Below, in pieces: positions 1-10,369 of a DNA stretch of 64,000 nt. Position numbers and translations under genes: made by a program. The stretch covers positions 1 to 64,000 of the forward strand of contig JAXLNO010000128.1 in assembly GCA_038087875.1 (NCBI GenBank). Direction: 5' to 3'. This stretch comes from Malacoraja senta (taxonomy: Eukaryota). Under the pieces are notes generated by a model. That model was not told the DNA's origin. It was given only the letters and a program-made list of their open reading frames with translations, and did no database searches. How positions within the stretch are numbered: position 1 is the first letter of the stretch; each line of letters opens with the position of its first letter.

Positions 1-52
1 CTGGGTGAACACGATTGCAGTCATAAAGAAGACGTGACAGTGAAGTGTTCTG
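1..52 (+). CDS. SRCR-domain exon (3' end only) of a CD163/WC1/SCART-like scavenger receptor
   Basis: Frame 1 reads LGEHDCSHKEDVTVKCS(G), a typical SRCR C-terminus, followed by a phase-1 donor g|gtaagg at 52/53. Confidence 0.85.
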
Positions 53-255
53 GTAAGGGTACCTTCAATCTGCTGATTCCCTGCAGCATGGGATGGGAGG
101 ATTCATTCCAGAGATGTAATAAATAATTTACAGCATCCAAAGGGAGCATTGACTGCGGGTAATGGTGCAGAGGCTTCACTCTGAGGAAGTTGTCACCCAC
201 TCAACATCAAACTCATTCCGCGCGCAGCTCTGTTGATTTCTCTATCAGCAGTTTC

Positions 256-770
256 CTAGGTCCACGGAAGTTGGAACAAACAACAGTGCGGCGCACAAAC
301 AGGCCTTTCTGCCCACAATACCGCGGCGCACATAATGCCAAGTTGAACTAATCTGCTCTGCCTATCCTTGTTCTTCCCTTCGATTCCCCGCATATGTATA
401 TGCCGATGGAAAAGCATTCTAAATGTTAATATCCTATCTCCCTCCACGCCAACCCTGGCACCATGTTTCAGGCACCCGCCACTCCCTGTGAGAAACTTGG
501 CACGGACTTCTTCTTTAATCTTTGCCTCTCTCACCGTAAGGCTCTGCCCTCTCGTCATTAAAAAATTACACCTCTATTCAAGCTGTTCTGCGCCCACTCC
601 AAAGCCTCCACATTCTTCCTGGAACGGGGCGACCAGAACTGCACACAGTACAGCAAATGCGCCCTAACCAAATGAAAGCTGAAACGTGAATTCCTGACGC
701 TTATACTCATTTCCCGGACAGAGGATGGCAAGCATACCTAACGCCTTCTTTACAACTCTACCTCATTGTG
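256..770 (-). mobile_element. Degenerate CR1-type LINE 3' fragment (intronic)
   Basis: Resembles the RT C-terminal and 3' segments of the other CR1 copies in this window (e.g. ccagaactgcacacagta). Confidence 0.55.
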
Positions 771-1029
771 TGCCTACAGTCGTCTACAATTCCAGAAACG
801 TCTTTCATAAAACGCACGTTTGCGTTGAATAGCAACTCCCTCACATTATACCCTGCAATGTGGGCATCTATCAATGAGGAACATATCCCCTTTCATACAT
901 TCAAATGCATTTGGATATACAAATAATTTAGATTTGGATTTAAATTGTATTTGAATATACAAATAATTGTAGTTACAAGCTCAAGTTCACGCATTTTTAT
1001 CTTTCGGGAAACGGAAGGGTAGACCATCC

Positions 1030-1163
1030 ATCAGTCTGAAGGATTTCGGCCCGAAACGTTGCCTATTTCGTTCGCTCCATAGATGCTGCTGCACCCGCTG
1101 AGTTTCTCCAGCACTTTTGTCTACCTTCGATTTTCCAGCATCTGCAGTTCCTTCTTACACAAT
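1030..1163 (+). mobile_element. Solo Penelope terminal-repeat insertion with 11-bp TSD
   Basis: Matches the tail of the Penelope element at 12761-12892. Flanked by GTAGACCATCC at 1019-1029 and 1164-1174. Confidence 0.8.
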
Positions 1164-2203
1164 GTAGACCATCCTGATTCCCCGATTATGTACTTGATTT
1201 TATACTTATAATGGGTATTATGACTGTGAAACGTCATTTCGACGTGCTGGAAAATTATTTTTTCTCATGAAATTCTGCCAATTTCACTTTCAGCCTTTAA
1301 CTCTCGAAATTATTCTCCCATATATTTTCACAATTGGATTTCTCGTATTGCGTGCTGTGATTTTAATCATGATTTTACATAACCTACCCATTGAAACCGA
1401 TAGATCCAAATTATATGCCCTGCAGCTTCTAAACGTCCATGTCCGCTCTGTGGTACACGCATGTTTCAAGAACATTTCCTAGACCGATGAACATTTTGAA
1501 ACACATCTGACCCCCAAATACTGAGAGATAGGAACGACAGTTCCCATACATTCAGAGAGAAACATCGAAACACCTAACGATGATAAATTCGTTATTGAGT
1601 GCGGTGGAACTTCAAATTCCCAGACGGAGATGGAACGTGGTACCTCGAGCTTCTATTGCGACGGAGTTTACAATGAAGGAGGTCACAGAGAGAAGGGACA
1701 GGGTATGAGTGGGAATTTGGTGGCGGATTAGAAGAAAGGACCAGCGGGTCGCGAAGTGAGCGTTCCCTTTGAAGTGTTAAACCGTGGGGTTTCTTCACGA
1801 ACGATTCTAGAATCATTGACCAATTATTGCCGTTGTTATTTCTGGAATCACTGCTCGCGTCCCCTCAACATGGAGAAGAACAATGTTTCCTCGTTCATTT
1901 AACTTCCATCCCACCAGTATCCACTTTCAATGTTTGATCTTCCGCAATTTCCCACAACTCCAACAACATTTCACCGCCAGATGCATATTCCCCTCCCCTC
2001 CACTTTCGGCAATTTGACTGAACAACTCACTTTGTGATTACCTGACGCAGTTATTTTCCCAACTAACCCTCGCTGATGAATGTTTTCCGGCGATATGTTG
2101 TTTTGTTAAACCAGATGCGCCTTTTTGTTCAGTGACAAAGAATCTTTGCTGGCTGTTGATGGAAACATTGTGATAATCTATATATTACCCGCTTCGTTCA
2201 CAG

Positions 2204-2521
2204 AGCACAAAGAGATGCGCCTGGTGAACGGAGGGCATCGATGTGAAGGGAGAGTGGAAGTGCGGTACAACGGGACATGGGGGACAGTGTGCTCCGAGAA
2301 GTTTCACAGAAAGGAAGCGGGAGTGATCTGTAAACAAGTAAAATGTGGACCTCTCAAATCTATTTATTATGGCGTCTGGAAATATGGAGCGGGTTCTGGG
2401 CCCATATGGCTCGATGAGATGGAATGTAATTCGCACGAGTCGACGCTTTGGCAGTGTCAGTCAGATCCTTGGGGGAAACACAACTGTCGCCACTGGGAGG
2501 ATGTAGGTGTTGCATGTGAAG
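2204..2521 (+). CDS. Group-B SRCR exon (8 Cys)
   Basis: Acceptor ttcacag| and donor g|gtaac, both phase 1. Reads EHKEMRLVNGGHRCEGRVEV...WGTVC...IWLDEMEC...HNCRHWEDVGVACE. Confidence 0.93.
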
Positions 2522-2770
2522 GTAACACAAGAAAGACATCATATGGCGGCTGACATATTAAACCTGAATGTATAAAACCGTCAGCATCCACCTCTTCTCC
2601 ACAGATGCCGAAATGCCAGAGAAATCCAGTGGAAAGGCCTGTGACGAAGGAAATGAATCTCAATCTCGCCGTTTACCAGGCGAGTCATCTTATTAATTTT
2701 AGCATCATCCTGACGTCAATTCCGCATGTGTATTTAACGCATAATAAGTGATTATTTTTTAACTTGACAG

Positions 2771-3082
2771 ATTTACCACTGCGGCTTGATGGCGGCAGCA
2801 ACAATTGCTCCGGAAGGGTTCAGTTATTGTTCAACAACAGCTGGGGCACAGTGTGTGATGATTCCTGGGATGTTGCCGATGCCAATGTCGTCTGCAGACA
2901 GTTGGGATGTGGCGCTGCTCGTTGGACTCCAGGAGCGGCTCCCATTGCCCCAGTCTCCGGGGATATCTGGCTGGATGAAGTCAAATGCACAGGAAGTGAA
3001 TCATTCCTGTCCCGTTGTCTGGCTTCACCGCTCGGTCAGCATGACTGTGATCACAAGGAAGATGTCATTGTTATTTGTTCCG
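2771..3082 (+). CDS. Group-B SRCR exon (8 Cys), membrane-proximal
   Basis: Acceptor ttgacag| and donor g|gtacgt. Reads DLPLRLDGGSNNCSGRV...WGTVCDDSW...CRQLGCG...IWLDEVKC...HDCDHKEDVIVICS. Confidence 0.93.
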
Positions 3083-3216
3083 GTACGTCTTGGTCGACAG
3101 ATTCCTGGATCATTATAACACTTTAAAATCATAATTAAATGTGATTTTTAGTTTCTTTAATGCAGAAAACCTAATTAGATTAAGTTGATAATATGTGTTT
3201 ACAATAATGTTCACAG

Positions 3217-3252
3217 GTCCAGTTTTGACTCCCACTGGCTCCAGCATTTCAT
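3217..3252 (+). CDS. Possible short Pro/Ser/Thr linker exon
   Basis: Acceptor tcacag|, 36 nt, phase 1-1, reads GPVLTPTGSSIS. The donor gtattt is weak. Confidence 0.35.
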
Positions 3253-4620
3253 GTATTTATTATTCACGCGATGTTGATGTTTAGAATTCCAATCTTTGTT
3301 GACAATGCTGATACTCGCTTGGTACGATTTGCTAATTACTAAAGTACACGATGGATAGTTTACACATTGTTTAGCCCAGTATTCGAACCAGTCTTGTAAA
3401 CTTCTAAAACTGTGTGTCCAACTCCAGCCAAAATATCTTTGTGACGTCACAGAATGCGGACGTCCGCATTGTTGTCCGCCCTCGACACCCCCAATAAAGT
3501 GGCGACCAGCTGCCTCAATGAAAGGCGGCAGTTGGTAGAATTTCTATGCGCTTTTCGGTTAGGATTACTGATTTTAGAGTCGCGGCTATTAATGAATTCG
3601 TATCATATGTTGGAACCAAGATAAGTTGTGACGTTGAGAAGAATTTGTCGGTGTCATTATTCCTAACTGACGGTTGCATTTCGAGTCAGTGGAGAAAAGG
3701 GGTCGCTCTTTTATAAAGTATTGTCGAAATACCCCTGATGACTTACTCTTAGTGCATATCATACATGTTCGGCCCTTTGTAACAAGCATCATCCTGAGCA
3801 AAACGATGTCAACATTTAGGACATGCACTTCTTGGTGTCAGTATTCCTCTGATTTGGATTTTATGACACCGGGTGTGTGCCGAGCTCTGTGGATACACAT
3901 TATGTTAGAATATAATGATGTAACTGCTAGTTGGATACAGGGCGCCACTGGTTAGGAATCAGGACTTTCCGATATGTTCTGTATTCATCCCGTTCCGCCC
4001 AGCATGACAGAGAATTCCGTTGATTTCACCACATCTCTTTGTGCCGTCATAACCCCTGTGTAGTGGTCATCGGCAGGAAAATGTAAATCAAAACGTCAAC
4101 GGCAGAGCCCTAATTATGAGTGTTATTGCTTGTCTTGTTTTCATTAAACTAGTTCAGGCTCGACTCCGAAAATGTATCCTATTCGAGTTCCTCTATCGCG
4201 AGATCCTTGGTGATGATCATTGAATCACACAACCTATTTGCAGACGCGGCTAATCTGGGGATATTTCTATGTATTCTTGATCAAATCCAGAATTGTGAGT
4301 GGAAATGAGAGTGGAAATCAAAATAACTTGCTTCTGTCGAGTTTGTCCTCCATGGCATGAGAAATCACGCGGCCTGCAGCCAATGGGGACCACTATGCAA
4401 GGGATAGTCCTGATCAACCAGGCCTGATTGAGAATTAGTCTTTTAATTGGTTTCCATTCACGTGTTAATCTGCTGCAAAGCCCCCAGAGGATTATTGGGA
4501 ACATTCGTGGCGAAGGAAGATGCACAATCAGAGGTGAAAATTAATCAAAGTTCGCTGCGCCTGCTTTAACTATGGAGCTACAACGTCTGTTATGAAGTTA
4601 TCCCTGAATTTGTATTTCAG

Positions 4621-4737
4621 TGTTGGGGAATAAGATGCCCTCTATGATTGTTGTCGCCTGTATCACCCTTGGAATCGTCCTCATTGGTGAATTACTCGCA
4701 CTGATGATGATATCACGGAGACGGGCAGCAAAAAGAG
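4621..4737 (+). CDS. Transmembrane exon of the SRCR receptor
   Basis: Acceptor tatttcag| and donor g|gtgagg. Hydrophobic MIVVACITLGIVLIGELLALMMI followed by a basic stop-transfer segment SRRRAAKR. Confidence 0.85.
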
Positions 4738-5492
4738 GTGAGGTTCAAAGTTACACAATTATTGTTCCGGATAGTATTTCACAACTCAGTGAGACTCCGG
4801 TTCCAACCACTTTTCCCAATGTTCTTGCATTATGAAATAAGTATATTTTGTAACTCTTTAAGAGGTTCTATTCGAATTCTCCATTTGTAGTAACAGAATG
4901 GAAAGGTTAATGGTTTCTTATTGGATGCCTGCTCGATTGGTCACGTGACCGTCGTTCAAATATCTGTTCAACATTTGGCTCATTTCACTAATGCGAACCC
5001 GCTGCAGAACCTCGAACATTCTGATTAGATTCTATTCATCACATCGAGATGTTGCACTTTCCTCGCGTTTAATGAACTAGGACTTCCTTATTCCCCATCT
5101 CTTAACATTCATTTGATGCAACGCAATTCTTATCTCTCACTTATCGGTCACTTCCTAAATTGACAAATTTGCGAAACTTTCATTTTCTCGTCACCGTCCG
5201 CCACACTGCTGCTATCTGCAAATACCTAGCAACGCCACCCAGAATGTAATCATTGTCAACGCGAGGAAGTCCTACTGACGCAGCATGCTTTAGATCTTCC
5301 TGGTGTTAATATCATTAGCTCGTTTATGCAATTAAACATTATCCGTGCAGCGGGATTCTTCGATGTTTCTGCTCACCAACACTTTACCTTGATTATCAAC
5401 GCGTTACCATTTTGCATCTTGTTCACAAAGGTTGAACTGCTAAATTCAAGTCTTGCATGTCAGTAAGTTAAACCCAACCGTTTCTCCGGCAG

Positions 5493-5600
5493 CTGCAGAT
5501 ATTAGTGGCAGGGGATCACCGATCGGCTTTTACCAGGCAATTTATGAAGAGATTGAGGATTTTCCTGCTGCCAATAATTTCAGCCAGACACATGATTCAG
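5493..5600 (+). CDS. Cytoplasmic exon 1 (YQAIYEEIE motif)
   Basis: Tandem in-frame acceptors (start 5493 or 5499) and a strong donor cag|gtgagt. Reads DISGRGSPIGFYQAIYEEIEDFPAANNFSQTHDS. Confidence 0.8.
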
Positions 5601-5704
5601 GTGAGTATTTACACCTGACATCCACTTATGAAAGGATAAATGTGGCCTCAATTCCAACAATCGCATTAATGATCACTTAATAAAGAGAAAAACAAAAACA
5701 ACAG

Positions 5705-6050
5705 ATAATCATGCAATAAAAACAATCTGCTGGAGGAACTCAGCGGTCAGGCAGAATCTATGACTGGAAACGGGCAGAGGGGCTTTGGTGTCGGGACCCT
5801 TCTTCAAGAGGACCACGGGGAGGCAGATAATAGAAAGAAACAAGGGGAAGAGGTGGGGCAAGATCTGAAAAATGAGAGGTATATCCATACCGAGGGGGGA
5901 GGGGGAGGGGGGAGGGGGGGGGGGTAATTTGCAGATGAGTGAATTTGGGGGAGAAGAGTGGAGGTCGACACCAAGGCTGGAGGTGGTAAGCGGAGACATG
6001 GAGAAGTCAAAGGACGGCAGAAGTTGGAATCAGAAGAGAAAGAACAGTGC
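5705..6050 (-). mobile_element. Degenerate Penelope terminal-region fragment (intronic) with poly-G tract
   Basis: ctggaggaactcagcgg-tcaggcag and gggacccttcttca are reverse-complement matches to the Penelope tail. Confidence 0.55.
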
Positions 6051-6116
6051 AAGTAAAATATGGAAGCTGAAATTGGAAAGTTTAATAACTGTCGCTTGTG
6101 CTGTGTTGACTTTTAG

Positions 6117-6227
6117 TCTCTGGTTCCATTGATTCCATCAATCAACACGAATATTACACCAGCGACCCTCTGGATGGTTCTCTTCTTGCACAAGAATATC
6201 CCGAAGGAAACTCTTCCAACGTTCACG
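6117..6227 (+). CDS. Cytoplasmic exon 2
   Basis: Acceptor ttttag|, donor g|gttggt, 111 nt open and phase 1-1: VSGSIDSINQHEYYTSDPLDGSLLAQEYPEGNSSNVH. Not in the ORF track. Confidence 0.65.
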
Positions 6228-6669
6228 GTTGGTACACATTTTTATTTTTATTTTTTCCTAATTTTATTTCATTCTGCCTGTGATCAGAAACGAACATAGA
6301 AATGTGCGCGAAAATGTCTGCCGAGAAATGAGTGGGAAAAGATCTCAAGGTGTTGGAAGAGATTTGCTTTCCGAGAGAACAGTGATCGAGTTTGAATTTA
6401 AAGAACAATCTCTTATCTGTAACCAGCTGTGTGATTGAACAAAACATTCCATGTTTCTCCTTTGACACACAATGCGTTGTAGGCCTTGCTGTGTGAAATG
6501 AATGCCCAGGTTTGATGCGCGATTAATTAGTTCATCGCCACAAGACGACTCAAGATCCTCTCTCCTTCCAAATCCCCATTCACACGATCAACAGAATCTC
6601 TCATCAGGCGGAGCTTGCTGTACAATATTGACTTTCAGGGCCATAATTCTGGCTTATGCTTCCTCCTAG

Positions 6670-6801
6670 ACCTGATTCCTGACGACTATGACGATGCCGA
6701 GAGTAAAACCATTGCTTCTCGGGGTTGTCAGCTCTCGATGGGCGCTGGCGACGATGACCTTCTGAAGACCACAGTTGCCGGCGAAGATGTCGACAATGAC
6801 G
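6670..6801 (+). CDS. Cytoplasmic exon 3 (DYDDAE motif)
   Basis: Acceptor cttcctcctag|, donor g|gtgagt. Reads DLIPDDYDDAESK...EDVDND. Confidence 0.78.
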
Positions 6802-7259
6802 GTGAGTTCAGTCTCTTCCATCCCACAGTAACCGGGCATCTGGGTGGAAAATCGTTCCACGGGTTGAGTTTTTCTGTATTCACTTCCGTGCTTGAAAGTT
6901 TTCATGAAATAAAAAACAATGTTCCGAGAAAGCAGCCCACGAGCAGTTCTGTTCTCACTCCAACAAGGTGCCACTCCCGACTGTAATGTCGACCACATGA
7001 CTATCAGATATTGCATGTTCATGTCCGCTTTTGTTTTTCATATATTGTGTTGTAGACCTGCACTTGAATGGCGGTAAAAAACAGAAACCATTCCCAGTCA
7101 CCGTGCACCAACAACGGGTCCTTTCACAAAACAGAATTATACACAATCCGTCCTGATGATTATTCCAATGTCGCCGTTCTTCCATAATTGGACAAACCTC
7201 GCCGTGCGATGCCGTCTCTCACGCATTGAGATTTATGTCACTCTTTATCACTGCCGCAG

Positions 7260-7414
7260 AGCGGACTCCGCAGATTCTCACCGATCCTGCTTTCCCGGCT
7301 GCCTGCTCGACAAACAGCAATGACCAACTTCACTGCGGCACATTCACTGTTCCTGCCCTTGCAGCACCCATTGGGGTCGACGACTCGTTTCCATGTTTAA
7401 CATCAGAGCCATGA
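7260..7414 (+). CDS. Probable terminal coding exon of the SRCR receptor
   Basis: Phase-1 acceptor ctgccgcag|, reads ERTPQILTDPAF...CLTSEP then TGA. A micro-exon at 7056-7073 (tgtag|...g|gtaaaa) may precede it. Confidence 0.5.
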
Positions 7415-8265
7415 AGGCGGTAAGGAAACAATTCATTGTTTGCTTCCTCTGTCTGTATCCCGACACGAGCGATGTGTGGGTTGGGAGTTGTGCAATTCAG
7501 GAAGCATTTCCCACCGAACAATGAGGACTATGGTGAATTATCAGTGACTATACGATTTAAATTTATCAATGAGAACATTGCAGATACTTGCGTTGAAATT
7601 AAAAAACAGTTACTTTTACATTGCCTCCACATGATATCATGACGCCGGTATCTATTAATTTTCAGGAAATACTTTCCGTATGCTTAGACCATGCATTGGT
7701 AATTAAGAGGCTTTAACGGAGACAATATTATCACGACTAGTTCTATTTAACTCCATTGTACATTTTAGCTTATGCAATATTTTTATTCCTCAGGTACTTT
7801 CTACCAACGCGAGTCCTGAAGTGATGAAAAAGGTTCTGAGTTTCATTGGACAGTACATACCTCTCACCTTTCCAGCAACACGAACAAACAGATCTCCACT
7901 GCATTGCCTTCACTCGCTGTATAATCACAAACACACATATTGATTGGCTTTGAGATCACTGCATTTGATGTTTGTCCGAGAGCTTGCATGAAAACATTTT
8001 TATTCTGCTAATGCGCACGTGTAGGAAACTGACTGGATTTGTAGGAAACCCATGGAAGAGAGATCAAAGTTACATTTATTCAATGGTAAACAATTTATCG
8101 GAATTTGTCTTTTTGAGCCTTTCCCAATATTCTGCATATTTGCTTAAGAGAGCACGAGAGATCAAATTAATGCAATCTCGGTTTTACCACACCTTACATT
8201 GTTCTGGTTATGGTCAGTAATATTTTTTCATTATGACCGTGTATAATGGAAAGATCGAAAAACGT

Positions 8266-8271
8266 AATAAA
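8266..8271 (+). promoter_or_regulatory. Candidate polyadenylation signal of the SRCR gene
   Basis: AATAAA ~850 nt after the presumed stop, followed by GT/T-rich sequence, just before the repeat-rich region begins. Confidence 0.4.
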
Positions 8272-8334
8272 TATTTGGATGATGTTTGATATTAATGTGT
8301 TCTTATTTTGTCAAGAAACAAGTGTCTGAAACAA

Positions 8335-9800
8335 CACCCATTAGTTTTTTTGTAATCTTAAAACGAGAAGAGGACATCTCAGATATCCTGGAGTGGAAGC
8401 ATTATCTTGGGAGCAATTGGAGAAGAGGCGGAGAGACTCAGAGTAAGAGATGGAGACCTTGCAAGAGGCGTGGGTGTAGGTGTAGTAAAGGTAGCTGTGA
8501 GAATCAATGGGTTTCTACTACGTGTCGGTGGATATTCTATTCTATCCCCTGTGATCGATCCAGAGATCTCAAGAGACTGGAGAGAGTTATCACAGATAGA
8601 CCAAATGAAGTTTAGGGCTGGGTCGAAATTATTAGTGAAATTGACGCAATCAATCAGTCCCTGTGTGCAGGAGGCAGCCCAGACACAGCCACGATGTAGC
8701 AGAGACATGTTTGGGGATTCTGCGGCTTATGTGTAGAGCAAAGAGCATTCGCTGTAATCAACGAAAGGACAGGCATAAATGGGCCGATGCGAGTATACAT
8801 GCTACACATTTGACACGGGGAACATAAGAGAAACCAAAAGAAAGCTTGTTGGGTGAGATATCCATCAGGTGGAGCAGAGGAAACAGGCAAAAACTCTGCG
8901 GATCAGGCAGAATCCCCATAGAACATGGATAGGCGAGGTTTCAGATCGGGATCCTACTTCCGACTGATGGTAGTGGGTGGGTTGGGGAGCTATAGGGAGG
9001 AGGGACAGGGCAAGTCTGGCAGGTAATAATAGGTGGATACAGGTGATGGTGGAGGGTGGGGGTATTTTGCAGGCAGATATTTGGACAAAGGCCAGAGATG
9101 AAAAGACAGATGTGAGACACAAGGATTGAAGAGTTATGAATTTAGAAGCTTGGTCTCGACCCTGGAGCAGAATGTTAGCTGAGGGAAACTGATTGGTTAT
9201 CTGTTCGCGGAAGAAACGGAGACCCCGAGGCCTTCCTGATGGGGAATAAACCTGCAAAGGAACTGGACTATAACGACTGGGCAACGGGGGAAACGGGTTT
9301 TATGCTGTGGAGGCGTCACTGGTTCAGTGTCAATGGTGAGCATAGGTGTGTCTGAGATCTGACGCCTGGCCTCAGCACGCTAGAGGTCAGTCTACCAGAT
9401 TACGACAGCACTTCCCTTGTCAGTGGGTTTGATGCTAAAATTGGGAGTAGTATTGAGTAAGTCGAGAGCTGTGTGGGGTAGTGGAGAAATAGCGATGGTC
9501 GATGTTGTGGTGGCAGTAGGAGATCAAACGGCCGAGAGAGGTTAGACGTCTGGCAGGGGTTGTCCAGGGGGAGGAGTATTTGAGTCGGGAGAAGGGTGTC
9601 ATCAGTGCGGCCGAAATAAATAGGCATGCCGGGGTAGACGCTGGACATCATGGCGCCTCGGGACAGATCGAGGAGTCGGCGCATGGGATGCAAACATATC
9701 GCCTCTACTGAGGATTGCTATGTCAATGGGTCGTGAAGAATTAATGTAAACAGCTGTATTGCAGATATAGTGCTCGGGGAAGTTGACACGAGCCATTAAA
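8335..9800 (-). mobile_element. Old, degenerate Penelope-like element (RT remnants) with an internal terminal-repeat insertion (~8865-9160)
   Basis: The reverse complement resembles the 10.4-12.9 kb element (gatgtccag, gagatgtcctcttct, ctgacaaggg), with many stops and frameshifts. Confidence 0.65.
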
Positions 9801-9986
9801 ACTGATTAGCTGATTGGTGCTTGTCATTACAAGGGGGTCATTTTTTAATAATCTTCTCACTTATCGCGATTCTGGCAATTTGTTCTATCACGATCTGCCC
9901 AAGACCTTAATATTGAGGTGTCGCCATCGTTAACAGGTGAGCCTTAAGGACGCAAAACAAAAAAACTCTGAAATAGACACAAAATG

Positions 9987-10228
9987 TAGTTGAGGCCAGT
10001 TCATTGGCTATATTTAACTGCCGCAGAATTTAGTTGAGGCCAGTTCATTGGCTATATTTAAGAGGGAGTTAGATGTGGCCCTTGTGGCTAAAGGGATCAG
10101 GGAGTATGGAGAGAAAGCAGGTACCGGATACTGAGTTGGATGATCAGCCATGATCATATTGAATGGAGGTGCAGGCTCGAAGGGCCGAATGGCCTACTCC
10201 TGCACCTATTTTCTATGTCTATCTATGT
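9987..10228 (+). mobile_element. CR1 3' fragment inserted in a minus-strand Penelope tail
   Basis: CR1 3' UTR hairpin ggctcgaagggccgaatggcct and a ttctatgt tail. Splits aaatagacacaaaatg from ctggagcagctcagtgggacaggcagcatc. Confidence 0.75.
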
Positions 10229-10369
10229 TAAAAAAAATACTGGAGCAGCTCAGTGGGACAGGCAGCATCTCTGGATAGAAGGAATGGGTGACGGTTCGGA
10301 TCGAGACCCTTCTTTAGACTTGTGTCGGTGACGATAACAACCTCAATGATTGTTCCACTGGTTCTTCCC

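Noticed and set aside
1..7414. Assigning the symbol CD163, DMBT1 or WC1
   Set aside because: Family membership is clear, but orthology cannot be decided without a phylogeny.
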